Part shown: positions 38,311 through 51,485 of the stretch, one piece after another
Numbering within the stretch: the first letter of the stretch is position 1
How the letters are laid out: the number at the start of each line of letters is the position of its first letter
Assembly (NCBI GenBank): GCA_038496445.1
Contig: JALMLS010000279.1
Span: forward strand, 1-64,000
Length of the DNA stretch: 64,000 bases
Source of the DNA: Trichosphaerium sp. ATCC 40318
Lineage: Eukaryota; Protista; Tubulinea
Direction of reading: 5' to 3'
Program-made: the position numbers and the translations under genes
Notes under the pieces: model-generated
The model's input: the letters and a program-made list of their open reading frames with translations, nothing else
The model's database searches: none
What the model was told of the DNA's origin: nothing

Positions 38311-39849
38311 TATTTCTACACAGTGCTTTGCACTGTTACATAGTACTATATGTATAATATCGGCAACATACGTTGCCTACATGCTGTTTAGCAACAGCAT
38401 AGATCCCTAACCCTAACCCCCCCTATTAAAACTTATTATTTATTAATCTCTTTTACAGCCAAGTATGACTTGATCGATATGTATGTGTCCAAGGAAAATG
38501 AAATTATTTGTGTTGTGCAAATGGATGATGATCATGATGAAGAAAAGTGGACTTTACAACAAGCTTTAAAAAGAAATGTTGTGGTAGATAGTTTCTTAAA
38601 AACTATTTTACCAAAAAAATAAAAAATTATCTTAGTTACCAATAAAAGATTATCTTATATCTCATAGTCATGAATAGATATGAAAATAAATAATATCTCA
38701 TTATGTTGCCATGTATGTATAGATATAAATTTAAATTACAATTTAGCTACACATGATATACTAAAAACTTTGTGTATATGAGAAATGTGCATACATATTT
38801 TTTACCAAAAAAAAAAACCAATTACAAGCTCAAAATCGCTTACATCTATATAACTCATCACTATGGATACCTACAAATCAATTATTGCTTGTACCATGTT
38901 TATATGGCCTAATAACATATATGTACATACATAAAGTAATTAAAAATACATTTGTAAATGCAGCCTCCAAACACAACTGCATGGTAAAAATATTTCAAAA
39001 TTTACAAAAAAAAAAAGTTCACGTGTCGCTCACGGGCCATGTAATGCACGAATATCATTTTCGATGCTGCACACCATAATAATATATGCCTGTGCCTAGC
39101 GGCACAGCCATGAAAGTAGCAAAATCTAATAAAATCAAAAAAGTAGAGGTTTAGGTAACCTTAACCCTAACCCCTAACCCAGTCTCCACCACACCAACAC
39201 TTCCTAAACATTTTTTTTCCATTTACTACTGACGTTTTATATAGACTAGTCACCACACACTTAGTATTTTATGAATTCTAACGAAACTACTGCCATTCGA
39301 ACCGCAGCACCCAAATGCACCTACAACAGGAGTACAGGTACTTTAAACCATTTTTCCAGTCTGTGAAAATATACCAATAATTTGTTAAATTTTTTTTCTA
39401 GCTAAAGGGTTTTTTCCATATGAAGAACATTGAAGTTTTTTGTGTTTTGTGTACTGTACTTTAATAAATGAATCACTATTGTATGCTTATATAAAGTCTT
39501 GTTTTATGAGTATATGGTGTCTGAGTTATGCCCAAAAATTGAGGGCAAAAATGCCTTATTGTTGCACTAAAAATGAGGCATTATTGGACCAACAATGCAG
39601 GCTATTTTAAGGCTAATAAGTGAACCAGTTGCTTGCTATTTGGCCCAAATATGAGGCTTCAAAGCCCAAAATTACAAGGCAATGCCTCATATTTGCTCAT
39701 TTTTTTTGGCAAAAACAAGGCAATTTGATGAAAAATAAGGTTGTATTTGGTGGCAAAAAAAAGGCTTTTACAAAAAAAGCCTTATTTAGTTTCAACCCTG
39801 TTACAATTGTTTATCATGTGATTTCATAGGTCTATTGGCATGTATTTAG

Positions 39850-41185
39850 CCAATATAAAGCTGGTAAAAAAATAAATCCATTTAAATGATCCACATGGAC
39901 ATTTAAAATCACAGGTTTCATTACAATAGTGGCTCAAACCATGATTCCAACAGTACAAAAATTCTTTTTGCATCAAATTTATGACATCTGGATATTTATT
40001 TTCTACCTTTTTGATACATCTATTTTAATGGTTCTATTATAGCTGTTGTTAATGCAATTAAATAACATACTTTATAAACCATGTAAACATTCTAGGTGCA
40101 AGTCTTTGAAGTATTTTCATGTTCCAAATATATTTTCAAGCTCTTTTTTTAAAACTTTTTTGTAATGTCCCAAATCACATAATATAAACACATTTTCTCC
40201 ATTTCATATAAAATTTGATGATGAATCTCCATTTAAAACCATTGCATTGATGGGTTGTAAAAACTTTTTGTTTTAAACTGTGATAGAATTTTTTGTTTGA
40301 CTTCTTTCATATCTTTTGATGTGCCAGGATGATTACTTAGATATTCAAATGTATGTAATTTAAAATCAACTTTGTTAGCTTTACTAAGTACACTACAATA
40401 AACAATCTTTTTATTCTTAGTTGCAAATGCTAATTTATTTAAAAAAGATAGATTATTGATAAAACTTACCAAATGTTACTCCATGTGGTGCTTTGTTGTA
40501 GGCTTGTTGGACCAGCTTGTATCTATTGCCAATGAGATTTGGGGGTTTTTTCCAATTATTTTGGTTTGTTTTTTCTGTAACTGTTCTTCACAAGCTTTTG
40601 ACACAGTTGGTCACACAAAATTTGATATTTTCATGGCTTCAATTATGATTACACATAGCAAGTTCATTGTTTTGAGTGTATTCTCAAATTTGTTTACACT
40701 AACCATAGAAAATAAAGCTGTTGTTGTTGTCTTTACATTAACTGTATAAAACTGTTCATCTGATGAAACTGTGTATTTATCCATTGAATGAGTAACATGA
40801 GTTTGTTCTATGTTACAAAAGGTGCATTTGAGACAAAACTCACTCACTATTCCTTTTTTTTTTTCAGTGATAATTTTGAATTTTCAGCTGTCACACAATT
40901 CACATGAGATTTTTTATATTACATCCAAAAATATATCTGTTACCACAATAATCTGTTTTGTTTTTTGATTTTGTGTTTTTATGGATATTTGTGGTTTTTC
41001 TTGATTGATTTTTCTATGAAGAAATAGTTTTAAAAAGCAGCTGTTATAGTTAAAAGTCCCATCATAAAACAGAGTTTGCCTTGGTAATAAAGGTTTGATG
41101 TGACTTTTAGAAAAAACAAACTGCTTACAATTTGCACACACAGTATGATTTTTGTGTGTTGTGGACCATGCTTTACTTGTCATAT
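39850..41185 (-). pseudogene. Decayed DDE transposase of the Mutator-like (PF20700-type)/Kolobok-like group
   Basis: Ordered motifs despite stops and frameshifts: CANC..CTFC zinc ribbon, AIDTSWSNK, NHPGTSKDM, NGDSSS, CDLGHYKK. Compare the family pattern DGTW..NH.GSS..ME..DGDSS..C..H..K. Confidence 0.6.
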
Positions 41186-41811
41186 GGTAACAAATTTGTA
41201 ATATTGCAAAAATAACAACATTTAACAAAATTTATTGATAAAGTTTACAAGTGTTTTTACACTCTTGTTTTTGCATTGTTTGCTTGTTTTGCACCACTAA
41301 ATTTCTGTTTAGAATACTATTGCAATTTTAGAATGGCGTTTAAGCTTTTTTTTTTGTAAAAGTTGGACAATATCCCACAAATGCATTCTTTACACACATG
41401 TGGTACTGTTACAGGCAGTTTAAAGCACTGGCATGCCTTTTAAGGAAAGTAGTGACTTAGTATTGCACTTTTAAGAGATATGATAAAGTATGTAGTAATG
41501 TATGGTTCAAATTAAATCCTTAAACCTAGCAAATGATCATGCCAATTAGGGTTAGGGTTAGGTTTACAACCCTATGTTGCATTGCAACCTAGCTAGGGCT
41601 AGGGTTAGGGCTTGTCTTTTTTTATGCACTGCTACTCTCGATAGGTTACTGTATAGGATAAGGCTAGAGATAAGGTTGGCTTTTATTCTGAGAGGCCCTT
41701 GTATTTGCTTTGGTATTTGTTGGAGTTTAATATAATTCTACTTTTTATATTGTGTGTTGTTTAATATTCATTTACTTTAATTTATTTTTTTGTGTATGTT
41801 GGTTTTCATTA

Positions 41812-42871
41812 CAGGTCTAAAAATTAAAGTGGTATATACCAGTTTTTTTATGGTATATACCACTTTTTTCAACAAAATGGTATATGGACTGGTATATACC
41901 ATTTTGAAATACCACTTTTTTTAGAAATTAAGTGAATAACAAAGTGGTATATGGAAGTGGTATATACCACTTTTCATTCACATAATGAGACCTTCTAAAA
42001 ATGGTATATAAAGTGGTATATACCACTTTTTTATGGTATGTGGTATATACCACCTTTTTATTGGTATATACCACTTTTATGGTATGCTTCAAGAAGGTCA
42101 TTAAGGAGCTTTTTGGTAATGGGTTTTCTTGTTGAACGATCACAGACGTCATATATTGAACGGTGCGTAGGGACCTTAGTATATCATAGAATCTAACCAA
42201 ACCAGGCTCATTCGAACCGCAGGACCTGATTCCAGTACCAGCATTAAGAAAACTATATTGCAGGTATTATACAGACGTTCGTGGGTACCAGACAAAGTTT
42301 TATTTTATTTTCGTTTGATATACATTAACCGACCTCCGTAGGCCTTAGTAATTGATGGATTCAGGTGGGATCACTTTCATTAGGTGCGCAGCATGTTTTT
42401 ACAGTAGGTACAGCAAGCTCATGAAGATGGACGAATTTTTCAGACGCCCATAGTAATGTAACTGTAGTGGACATTGTCCAAAACTTGTAACTCACAAACT
42501 GTGTATTAAATAAAGTGTATTTTCTGGAATTGCAGGTGTACCATAAGTAGGCATAAAGTGGTATATAAAAGTGGTATATACCATGAAAAACTGGTATAAA
42601 AAAGTGGTATATAACTGGTATATACCTAAAAAAAGTGGTATAAAAAAGTGGTATATTTTTTTTTTTCTGGTGAAAAAAAGTGGTATATTTTCTGTTTTTA
42701 TACCTGTTTTTTTTGGTATATTGTTGGTATATTTGGTCAATATACCACTTTTTTTGGTATATTTCAGTCAAAATATACCACTTTTTTTGGTATATACCAT
42801 AAAAAACTGGTATAAAAAAGTGGTATAAAAGTGGTATATACCAAAAAAACTGGTATATTTTTTTAGACCTG
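41812..42871. mobile_element. Non-autonomous TIR element (MITE/foldback-like) with TTA target-site duplication, PIF/Harbinger-like
   Basis: TTA|CAGGTCTAAAAA at 41809-41823 and TTTTTAGACCTG|TTA at 42860-42874. Subterminal AAGTGGTATATACC arrays at 41827-42080 and 42555-42857. Confidence 0.8.
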
Positions 42872-43079
42872 TTACAAAATGACTTTACAACAAAATATAC
42901 CACTACTTGCATGGCATGAATAACTATCAAAACTTATACTTTATATTAATTTTATGCACATTTAACCATATCATTCACAGGCTTGCATCCACAAAGACAA
43001 TAGCATAAAACCAATTACAACAGAAAAATTTTAATACATTTATGAGGTTTCTGTGACTTTACAGTTTTCTTGTATTGAA

Positions 43080-44488
43080 TTAGTTGGCCGTGTCCATATC
43101 GTCACCAGCAGCGAGGTCATCCTCATCAGGTACAAGATTTGAAATAAGCTGTTCAAGTCGCTCAGTAGAGTACATGCGGAATTTACCGTCTTCTCGTGAG
43201 ATGACACCAACTTCAACATTCTTTGCTTCAAGTTTTTCTTCCATAACCTGCTTCAATACGCTCAATGCCAAATTTTCTGCTTGCTCAATGGTCATGTCAT
43301 TGTATTTTTTGTACTCCTCCTCAAGTTGGGCTTGGGCACCTTCAGAACCAGATCCTAATGTAACATTAACAACTGCGCTTGATAAAAAAAAAAATAAAAA
43401 ACAATTTCGTGGATTGCAAACGCTATGTACAAACACAATGGCAGTTGTCAATACACCGTTGAGTTAATTCTTTTTCAAACACAAAATACAAATGACAAGA
43501 ACAAATTGCAAAAAAGAGCGCTGAAGCGTACCAATGGCTTTTGCTTTATAACGATACATTGTGCCAGAAGGATCAGCGTGGAAGAGACATGGACCAGTTT
43601 CATCTATACCGCCCAAAAGCAAAGCAACACCAAATGGCCTGCTCATCGCATCCTTCTCCTCTCTGTCTTCACCAAACCGCAAGGCAAGGTCGCAAATGGC
43701 TTGTGTGATGGATTCTAGTTTGATAGGCTCATCGTATGTAAAACGGTAGTTTTGTGCCTCTACACGAGCGTGTTCAACCAAAGTACGCGCATCAGCAATA
43801 AGCCCGCTCATGGCACAGCTAAAAAGCATGCACGTTAGTAAAGGTCGAAATGAGACTTTTGGTACGGCAAACACCAAATGATTACTTGTTAAAATACGAG
43901 CGTAAAACGCGATGACGGTTTTAACAAAAAAAGAAAAAAACAACAAAAAATTACTGACAATCAAAGTTTTTGGGTTTGCTGAACGCTGAAGTACCGCAAC
44001 TGTTAAATAGAACGTACCCAATATGTGTATCTATCTCTGTAATCTTTTCAATTGAAGAAGGGACGATCAAAGGCGAAGTGATACGTTTTTCAACCGCCAA
44101 TAAAACGCCTTCAGCTGCTTCGATTCCAAGAGCTGTTGTACCGAGCTAGTGCGAGTTAACGTCAAGGAATCTAGTGTCACAAACAACAGAAAGGCAAAAA
44201 CAAAAAAAAGCAACAAAGCAAGCTACAAAGTGTTTGAATTTAACCACAGTACGCGACGGTGTTTAAACGCACCTGGATTGCTTTTAGAGCGTATTCAACT
44301 TGAAATAAGCGACCCTCAGGAGAGAACGTATTAACACCACGATCATATTCGTTTCTAACACGATAAAATAAATGAGTACGCGACCAATAAATATTTATCA
44401 TCGACGAAGGCGTTGTTTGCCACCAAAACAACGCGAGAACGGTGGCGTCAAAGCGTTTAAATATTGCGACGTACCTTGCTAAAAACAT
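43080..44488 (-). CDS. PSMA5: 20S proteasome subunit alpha type-5
   Basis: MFLAR|[22 protein letters not shown]; [23 protein letters not shown]; [19 protein letters not shown]; GSGSEGAQ; LKQVMEEKL. Confidence 0.97.
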
Positions 44489-44675
44489 TGTGTATCGTTC
44501 AAAATTATACCGACTCTCGAGTTGTTACTATTGTTTGATGCGAGGTGGCTAAGACTAAATGCTAACCAAAAATTTGTATGGTATTCAGCCGGCTAAGGTT
44601 TTTTACCAGCAAAAACTTAACCCAAGTAAAAACTTAATCTGTATCGTAAATTTTCTCAATTTTTTATCTAGCAAC
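44489..44675. promoter_or_regulatory. Putative bidirectional promoter between PSMA5 and RPS23
   Basis: Only 187 bp separates the two divergent start codons. Confidence 0.6.
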
Positions 44676-45489
<814 letters not shown>

Positions 45490-45781
45490 ATAAATCATTG
45501 TAAAAAAAAAAATTTATTATCGCCCCCTCAGCTCAAATAAAATTAAAGCGCTTTGGAACACCATAATCTTGCTAGTTTGTTAGTGTCTAACCTCAACAAT
45601 GTCAACCAAGTTCTGTTAATATCAGTCTATGATTGACTCTGAAAATACAAATGTCAAGAAACTCACTTCGTTTTTTTTCACGTTTATTCTTCAATTCGCA
45701 AAAATCTGCACGTCAGACAAATGACCGTCGAGCCGTGTCTTTAATAACTTACGTTTCATTGCAATAGATAGTGGCATTTAA

Positions 45782-48503
45782 ATGATTTCACGTTATTGTT
45801 TGCGGCACTCAACAGTAACACCTCGTGTGATGCGCTTACGGGCAACTACGCACCACTGTAACAAATATCTCGCCAATACGCCTACACTTACGCCTAGAGT
45901 TAAAAACAACGTGCAGGGTAGCATAATTGCGCGTTACTACGCTCGACGACCAAAATATCCATCGTCTCCCAACGTAAATGTTGTTGGAAGCAAGTGTACG
46001 TACACGCGCATATGTAACAACGCTTGAGTCACGACATTAACACAATCCTAGGGCAGTACAACCAAACTCAGCTGGGCGCAAACGATGCAAATGCAGGTAA
46101 CGCTTCAGGACAAGAATACACACCAAGCTCGTCCAGACCACCAACGAAGAAAAAGAAAACCAAGAAGAAAAAAGTAGTAAAGTATGACACTTTTTGACAC
46201 TTTCACCTGTTTTCATAACCCGAAAATATTAAGGCCAGCGGTTAACCCTGATATTCACGAAGATGCAGTTGAACGATATAAAGAAGCTAGCGCCGTATAC
46301 GAGAAAGGTAAAGTAAAGGTAAGCCCATATTGTTTTGTTTGATTGATGCCATATATCTGTTAACACCAACAAACAAGCTCGCTGCGCGCAAGTACAATGA
46401 TATTATCAAAAAGTTTTCTAAAGTGAAGCACGGGGACTACATTTCTAAGGCATATGTTAACCTTGGGCTGCTGTATCGGTATAGCAAAAATTTCAATAAA
46501 TCTGCTGAATACTTTCATGAAGCTATTGTGCATTTGCGTAAGGTTACGCAATCGTCAATGAATGTAACTGATGAACAGGTATGCTTTTTTTCTTGTTTTT
46601 GTACTGCAATGCTATTGACACATTGTGACACGCCATATGCCTTATTTTTTTTTCAATAACAAAAAGAACAACTACTAAAAAAAAAAAAACCTGGAATAGG
46701 TATTTTGCCACTGGCATACTAACATCTACTAGTTTGAAATGCTAGCCACCGCTCACTATCAGATGGGGTTGTTATTTGAGCGGAAATCTCAGTACTCTCA
46801 CGCTGTTCTCCACTACGAAGAAGCGTTGGGATACAAGCCAGATAATAACATATTGTCATATCGTACAGCACAAATTTTACACATGAAATTGGGGCAAGAG
46901 ATGGAAGCTATCCCGCACTATGAGAAGACGCTGAAAGACAAAAAGTTTGGCATTCTGGTATGTAATGACCATTACAAAGACCCTTTCTGAAACTCACCTA
47001 GTCATACGCTCGCCTTGGCAAAATGTTTAGCTTAGTTGATTTACCGAGAGCTATTGAAATGTATGGATCCGCTCTTGCATTATGTGAGGCCAACCCGAAA
47101 CGCAGTCCGCTTGCTGACTACCACGTGAGTTTGTGCGGCTATCAGTATGTTTTTATAACTCGGATTTAGGCGCTTTATTATGATCTTGGAAAGTTATTAT
47201 TGAAAGATGGACAACACCAAAAAGCTGAAGCCTGTTTTGTCAATACATTAGAGCGTGATAAAGATGAAGGTAGGAAGTTTGCAGCGGCCCTTTCAATTGC
47301 TGAAGTGAAACTGTCTCAAAACGAAATGGAGGTACGTGGTTTTTTTTTCTTCTTGTTAGTCAGCTCTCGCTAACGGGAATATAGATGGCTATCGAGGCCT
47401 ATGAGTTCGCACTTAAGCTTCGGCCAAATACAGTAGCTGTAATGGAGAATATGGTTCAGTGCTATGCAGCAACAAATAACCCAGAATTGGCAATATCCTC
47501 GCTAGAAAAAGTCATTCGTGTACAGTTACAGTTTCATTTGATTATTTTCTGATTTTGTAAACCATAGTTGGCACCAACACTGGGGTATAACTATGCGCGA
47601 CTGGCACGTTTGTTGAGTGCATGTGGAAGGGATATTGATGCTATGAGTGTTGCACATAAGGCTTTAGATGTGGAAGCAAAAGACAGCGCTGGTTGTGCTT
47701 TCTTTATAGGTACTCCTGCTCGTTTTAATTTTCAGGAATAGCCCCTAACAGGTATTTTTAAGGCCAACAATTATACCATAACAAGCACTTTTTGGCATCT
47801 CTTCCATTTTTACAGAAAGCGATACACAACGCACCAGGACCAAAGCGTGAAGCGTATTATGATGAAGATGAAAAGGAGCGATCAAATTTACGCATTTACG
47901 AAGTATACGAACATGTTGGTGAAGCCATGTTTATAATTGGAAGAATTGTGCACGAGCAATTCGACCAAAAAGAATCAGCGCTTTATTACTATAATCGAAC
48001 ACTTGCATATGATGTTAAGCACGTTGGTACGGAGCACTTTTGGGCCGTTTATGCGTTAAATTTTTTTTCAAATCAAATGCATTGTCAACGTTTCAATTAA
48101 CAATGCAATTTAGGCGCACATTTACATCTTGGTATTCTATTGGAAAGTATGGGAAAGCCCAAAGAAGCTATTGAAAAGTTGAGGTGGGTGGTGGTCCAAC
48201 AACACGATAACCCAGCGGCATTCTTAGCCAATTATTGGCTTGGTGTCATATTTCTACAAAAACAAGATTACGGACTGGTACAAAAAACAAGTTATTAAAC
48301 AAGAAGGGCTAAACTAAATACAATTCTAGGCTATGCACTACTTTAAAAAGTCAGTAGGAAACAGGGAGCACGACCAGTGGAACATGCTCTTCAAATTGTA
48401 CAACAATATGGCAGCAACATGCGAACGCCTTGGTAGCATGGACGCAGCCTACCAGTATTTGGACCTTTCTGCGGAGGCAAAGCAAGCAACTAATAGTTCT
48501 TGA
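45782..48503 (+). CDS. TPR-repeat protein, possible mitochondrial presequence (multi-exon)
   Basis: KAYVNLGLLY..SAEYFHEAI; AHYQMGLLF..AVLHYEEALGYKPDN; Arg/Ser/Thr-rich N-terminus. Confidence 0.8.
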
Positions 48504-48705
48504 ACCAACAATCGAGGTGGTGACCGTTCAAAGAGGAGATGTTTTTACTAGGGGATGGTTGAATGTACAAAGAAATTAATAATAAAGTAACCTCAGATTG
48601 GGAAATTGCTGTTAGTATAAATTGAAAACTGTTTTAGGTACACTAATTAGCTTTGTTTATTTACAAGTTTTAATTTTTCTGTATTCTCTTCAATGTGCTG
48701 CTTTT

Positions 48706-51242
48706 TTAAGCGCATGACTTAGCCAAAACCTGACGCTCGTAATCTTGTAAGTCTTTAGGTTCTGTCACACAATCAGAATGTCCAAATCGCTGTACCAGTT
48801 CTTCAAATATTTCTTTGGAATGCTTTTCATAGCCCTTCTTGCCTGTGATGAATTGAAGAATAGTACGGTAAGATAAAGAATTGGCTGGACAACGTCCGCT
48901 CTTTCGTATTTTTTGAAAGACCTTGAATCCCTTGTCCAGCATAGAAAACGAACAGTACATCTTTATGAAATTGTTTGTGGCATGTACGCACGGTATGGTG
49001 GTTTTATCGTCTTGGCAAGCCTTGAATGCCTCTAGCGCTTTGGGTTTCTTGCCTTTATCAGTATAAGCTCCCGCCATTGCCCCGTGAGCTTCAGCGTATA
49101 GATGAACATTTTTAAGAGTTTTATACGTTACCACAGCCATGGAAAAATCACCGTACTGTGCTAAAATAGTAACGAGATTGCTGTTACACAATGAGAGTGG
49201 GAATTTTAGCAACATGCTATCGTAGCATTTATAAGCGTTGAGCCATTTGCCATTCTTTGCATATCCGCGAAGCAACGCAACATGAGCTGCCTCTGCAGGA
49301 TAACTTTGCTCTGACTTGGAAGCGTTGAAAAAAGCAATCATCTCATTTATCATCCCACGGTCTCCATAGTACTTGATGAAAATAGCATAAATTTTGTCAT
49401 TCGGAAGGGTCTTTCTGGAACGTTTCATTTCTTGGTAGAATTGAAATGCTCCATTAGTGTTGTCTTGATCAAGCATGCTCTTGATGAGCCAAAAGTAAGT
49501 AAATCTGTCCGGTCTAATCTTATTCATAGCGACAGCATACAAAGTGACAGCTTCATTGGCCTTACTGTGTGTAACGCAAGCTTTTAGAATGGCATTGAAC
49601 AAATGGGTGTTGATGGTGACAGGGCTCTTCTTAAACGATTTAAAGTGGCGCTCTGCCATCTCAAAATTCCATGTGGCGTATGCATCAATTACAGAGGCAT
49701 AAATTAGAGTGTCTGGTCTGGGTCCTCTTTTCTTTAGCTCGTTAAAAAGTGTTTCTACCATTAGCATATTCCAAGCTTTTCCAAAATACTCAATGAGCTG
49801 TCTGTATGTGTTGAGGACTGACACCCGCTCGGTTTTAAGAAATCTCGACCGTATTTCCTCAAGTATTTCAAGGCTAGAAGTAATATCATCATGTTTTAGA
49901 GCTAGTGTGAGAACTCGCTGATAAGTGTTAAATTCCAAAATATGTCCTTTTTTCTCGAGGTCTTTAATGAGCTGTAGAGCAAGCTCAATCCCGCCACTCT
50001 CTCCATACTTCACTACCATTGTTGTGTACATTTGTTTGCTTGGCGTAAAGTGGGCTTTCGTGGCAAGGCGAAAGATATCTTCAACTTGTTCTTTTGTAGA
50101 AGCTGTTTTGAGACAATAGTTAAATGTTGTTATATCCTTCACGTGCTTTTGGGAGACAAGCTTGATCAGTTCATCTCGCAGGAAGGCGTAATCTTCCACC
50201 ATCTTGCACGTTGCAACAAAGGCTCCTTCTATATCTCTAGCATTTTGGTTCTTGACCTTCCGTAAATACCACTTTTTAGCTCTTTTCTCTACCGGGAAAA
50301 TATTAGTTTTCGGTTCTGTTCTTCAAGCTCTTTTTTTTTTATTGATGTGAAACAAACAAAACTCCAACCAGCTGTTGTCCGTACCTTTAAGTTCAGCGAA
50401 GAATTCTTCAGTAACCAATTTTTCTTCCTTGATGTCTAGAGAGTAACTAGGAAAAGCAGACATCAGTCCTTTTTTGACGGGCATGTAAGGACGAGGTTTG
50501 ATTGGTATACGCTTTTTCTTCGTTTCCTCAGCAGTAAGCCCAGACGCGGATGGCTCACGTGGCAAGCACGAAGCAGCTGACCCGGATTCGCACTCAACCT
50601 CCTCACTATCATGTACGCTACTAGGGTTCTTTTTAAACGCCTCTTGTCTGTGGTTTTGTTCCTTGATAAACGCTTGGGTAAATGGATGCTCCCTTGGCGG
50701 CTTCACCAACTTGTTTGCTAGCCCAGGGTCTATTGACTCCTGTAATGTAGGCACATAGTCAATGTCATCTTTTTCTGGTTTTTCTGAAAAACCCTTCTTG
50801 TTTCGTTGTCTGTACGAACGGGGCGTATCATCTTCGAAAGCGTTTGGTAATGCTGCAGTGCTGATGTATATTCGCTAAAAACCGTTAAAATAGGGTAAAG
50901 TGCGCTTGCAACGTGCGTTTCGTTCTTTTTGGGTAGTTTTAGAGGGATCATAGCGGCGTATACGTTTAAGTGTACTGAAGGTGCTAAATCGTAACATGAT
51001 GGCGCGTTTGGGTCACTTGAGGAGCTTTTAATGTGCATTAGGGTACATTAACAATAATTTTTCTTACCCTTCGCGTATTTTGAGCTATGCACGCTGTCAA
51101 AAAATGCCAAGTGTAAGAATCAGTTCACCGAGGGCGTCCAAACAAATTTGTACTTTCGATTCTTGAAAATAACTGTTTTGCGTACGCGAATGAAAACAGT
51201 TTGTATATCAGCAAACACCTAACGTTGTAGGCCTCGGAACAT
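48706..51242 (-). CDS. Pentatricopeptide repeat (PPR) protein
   Basis: PDTLIYASVIDAY, HLFNAILKAC, PDRFTYFWLIKS and PNDKIYAIFIKYY in a 498 aa frame. Upstream exons are approximate. Confidence 0.85.
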
Positions 51243-51485
51243 GGTGAAATAAAGCTAAAATGCCGTTTTGAGATTCAAAGGATTTCTCTTTTTCCGGAAT
51301 ACTGGCCAAAAGCGGTTTCTACAAAGCGTGTAACCCGAGATATATTTGTGGCTCCGACTAACAAACCTACCAAGTTGTTGTTTTTTTTTTTGTTTTTTTT
51401 TTTTGGGCAATGTGCACTATTCACTTTACGCTGTCATCGAGTTGTTGCGGAGTCAGTCGCGTTGCGAACAGAAACCACCTACAAT

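Noticed and set aside
42361-42930. Tyr/Ile/Phe-rich ORFs (189, 82 and 85 aa; also 41928-42200)
   Set aside because: These are translations of the GGTATATACC repeat arrays.
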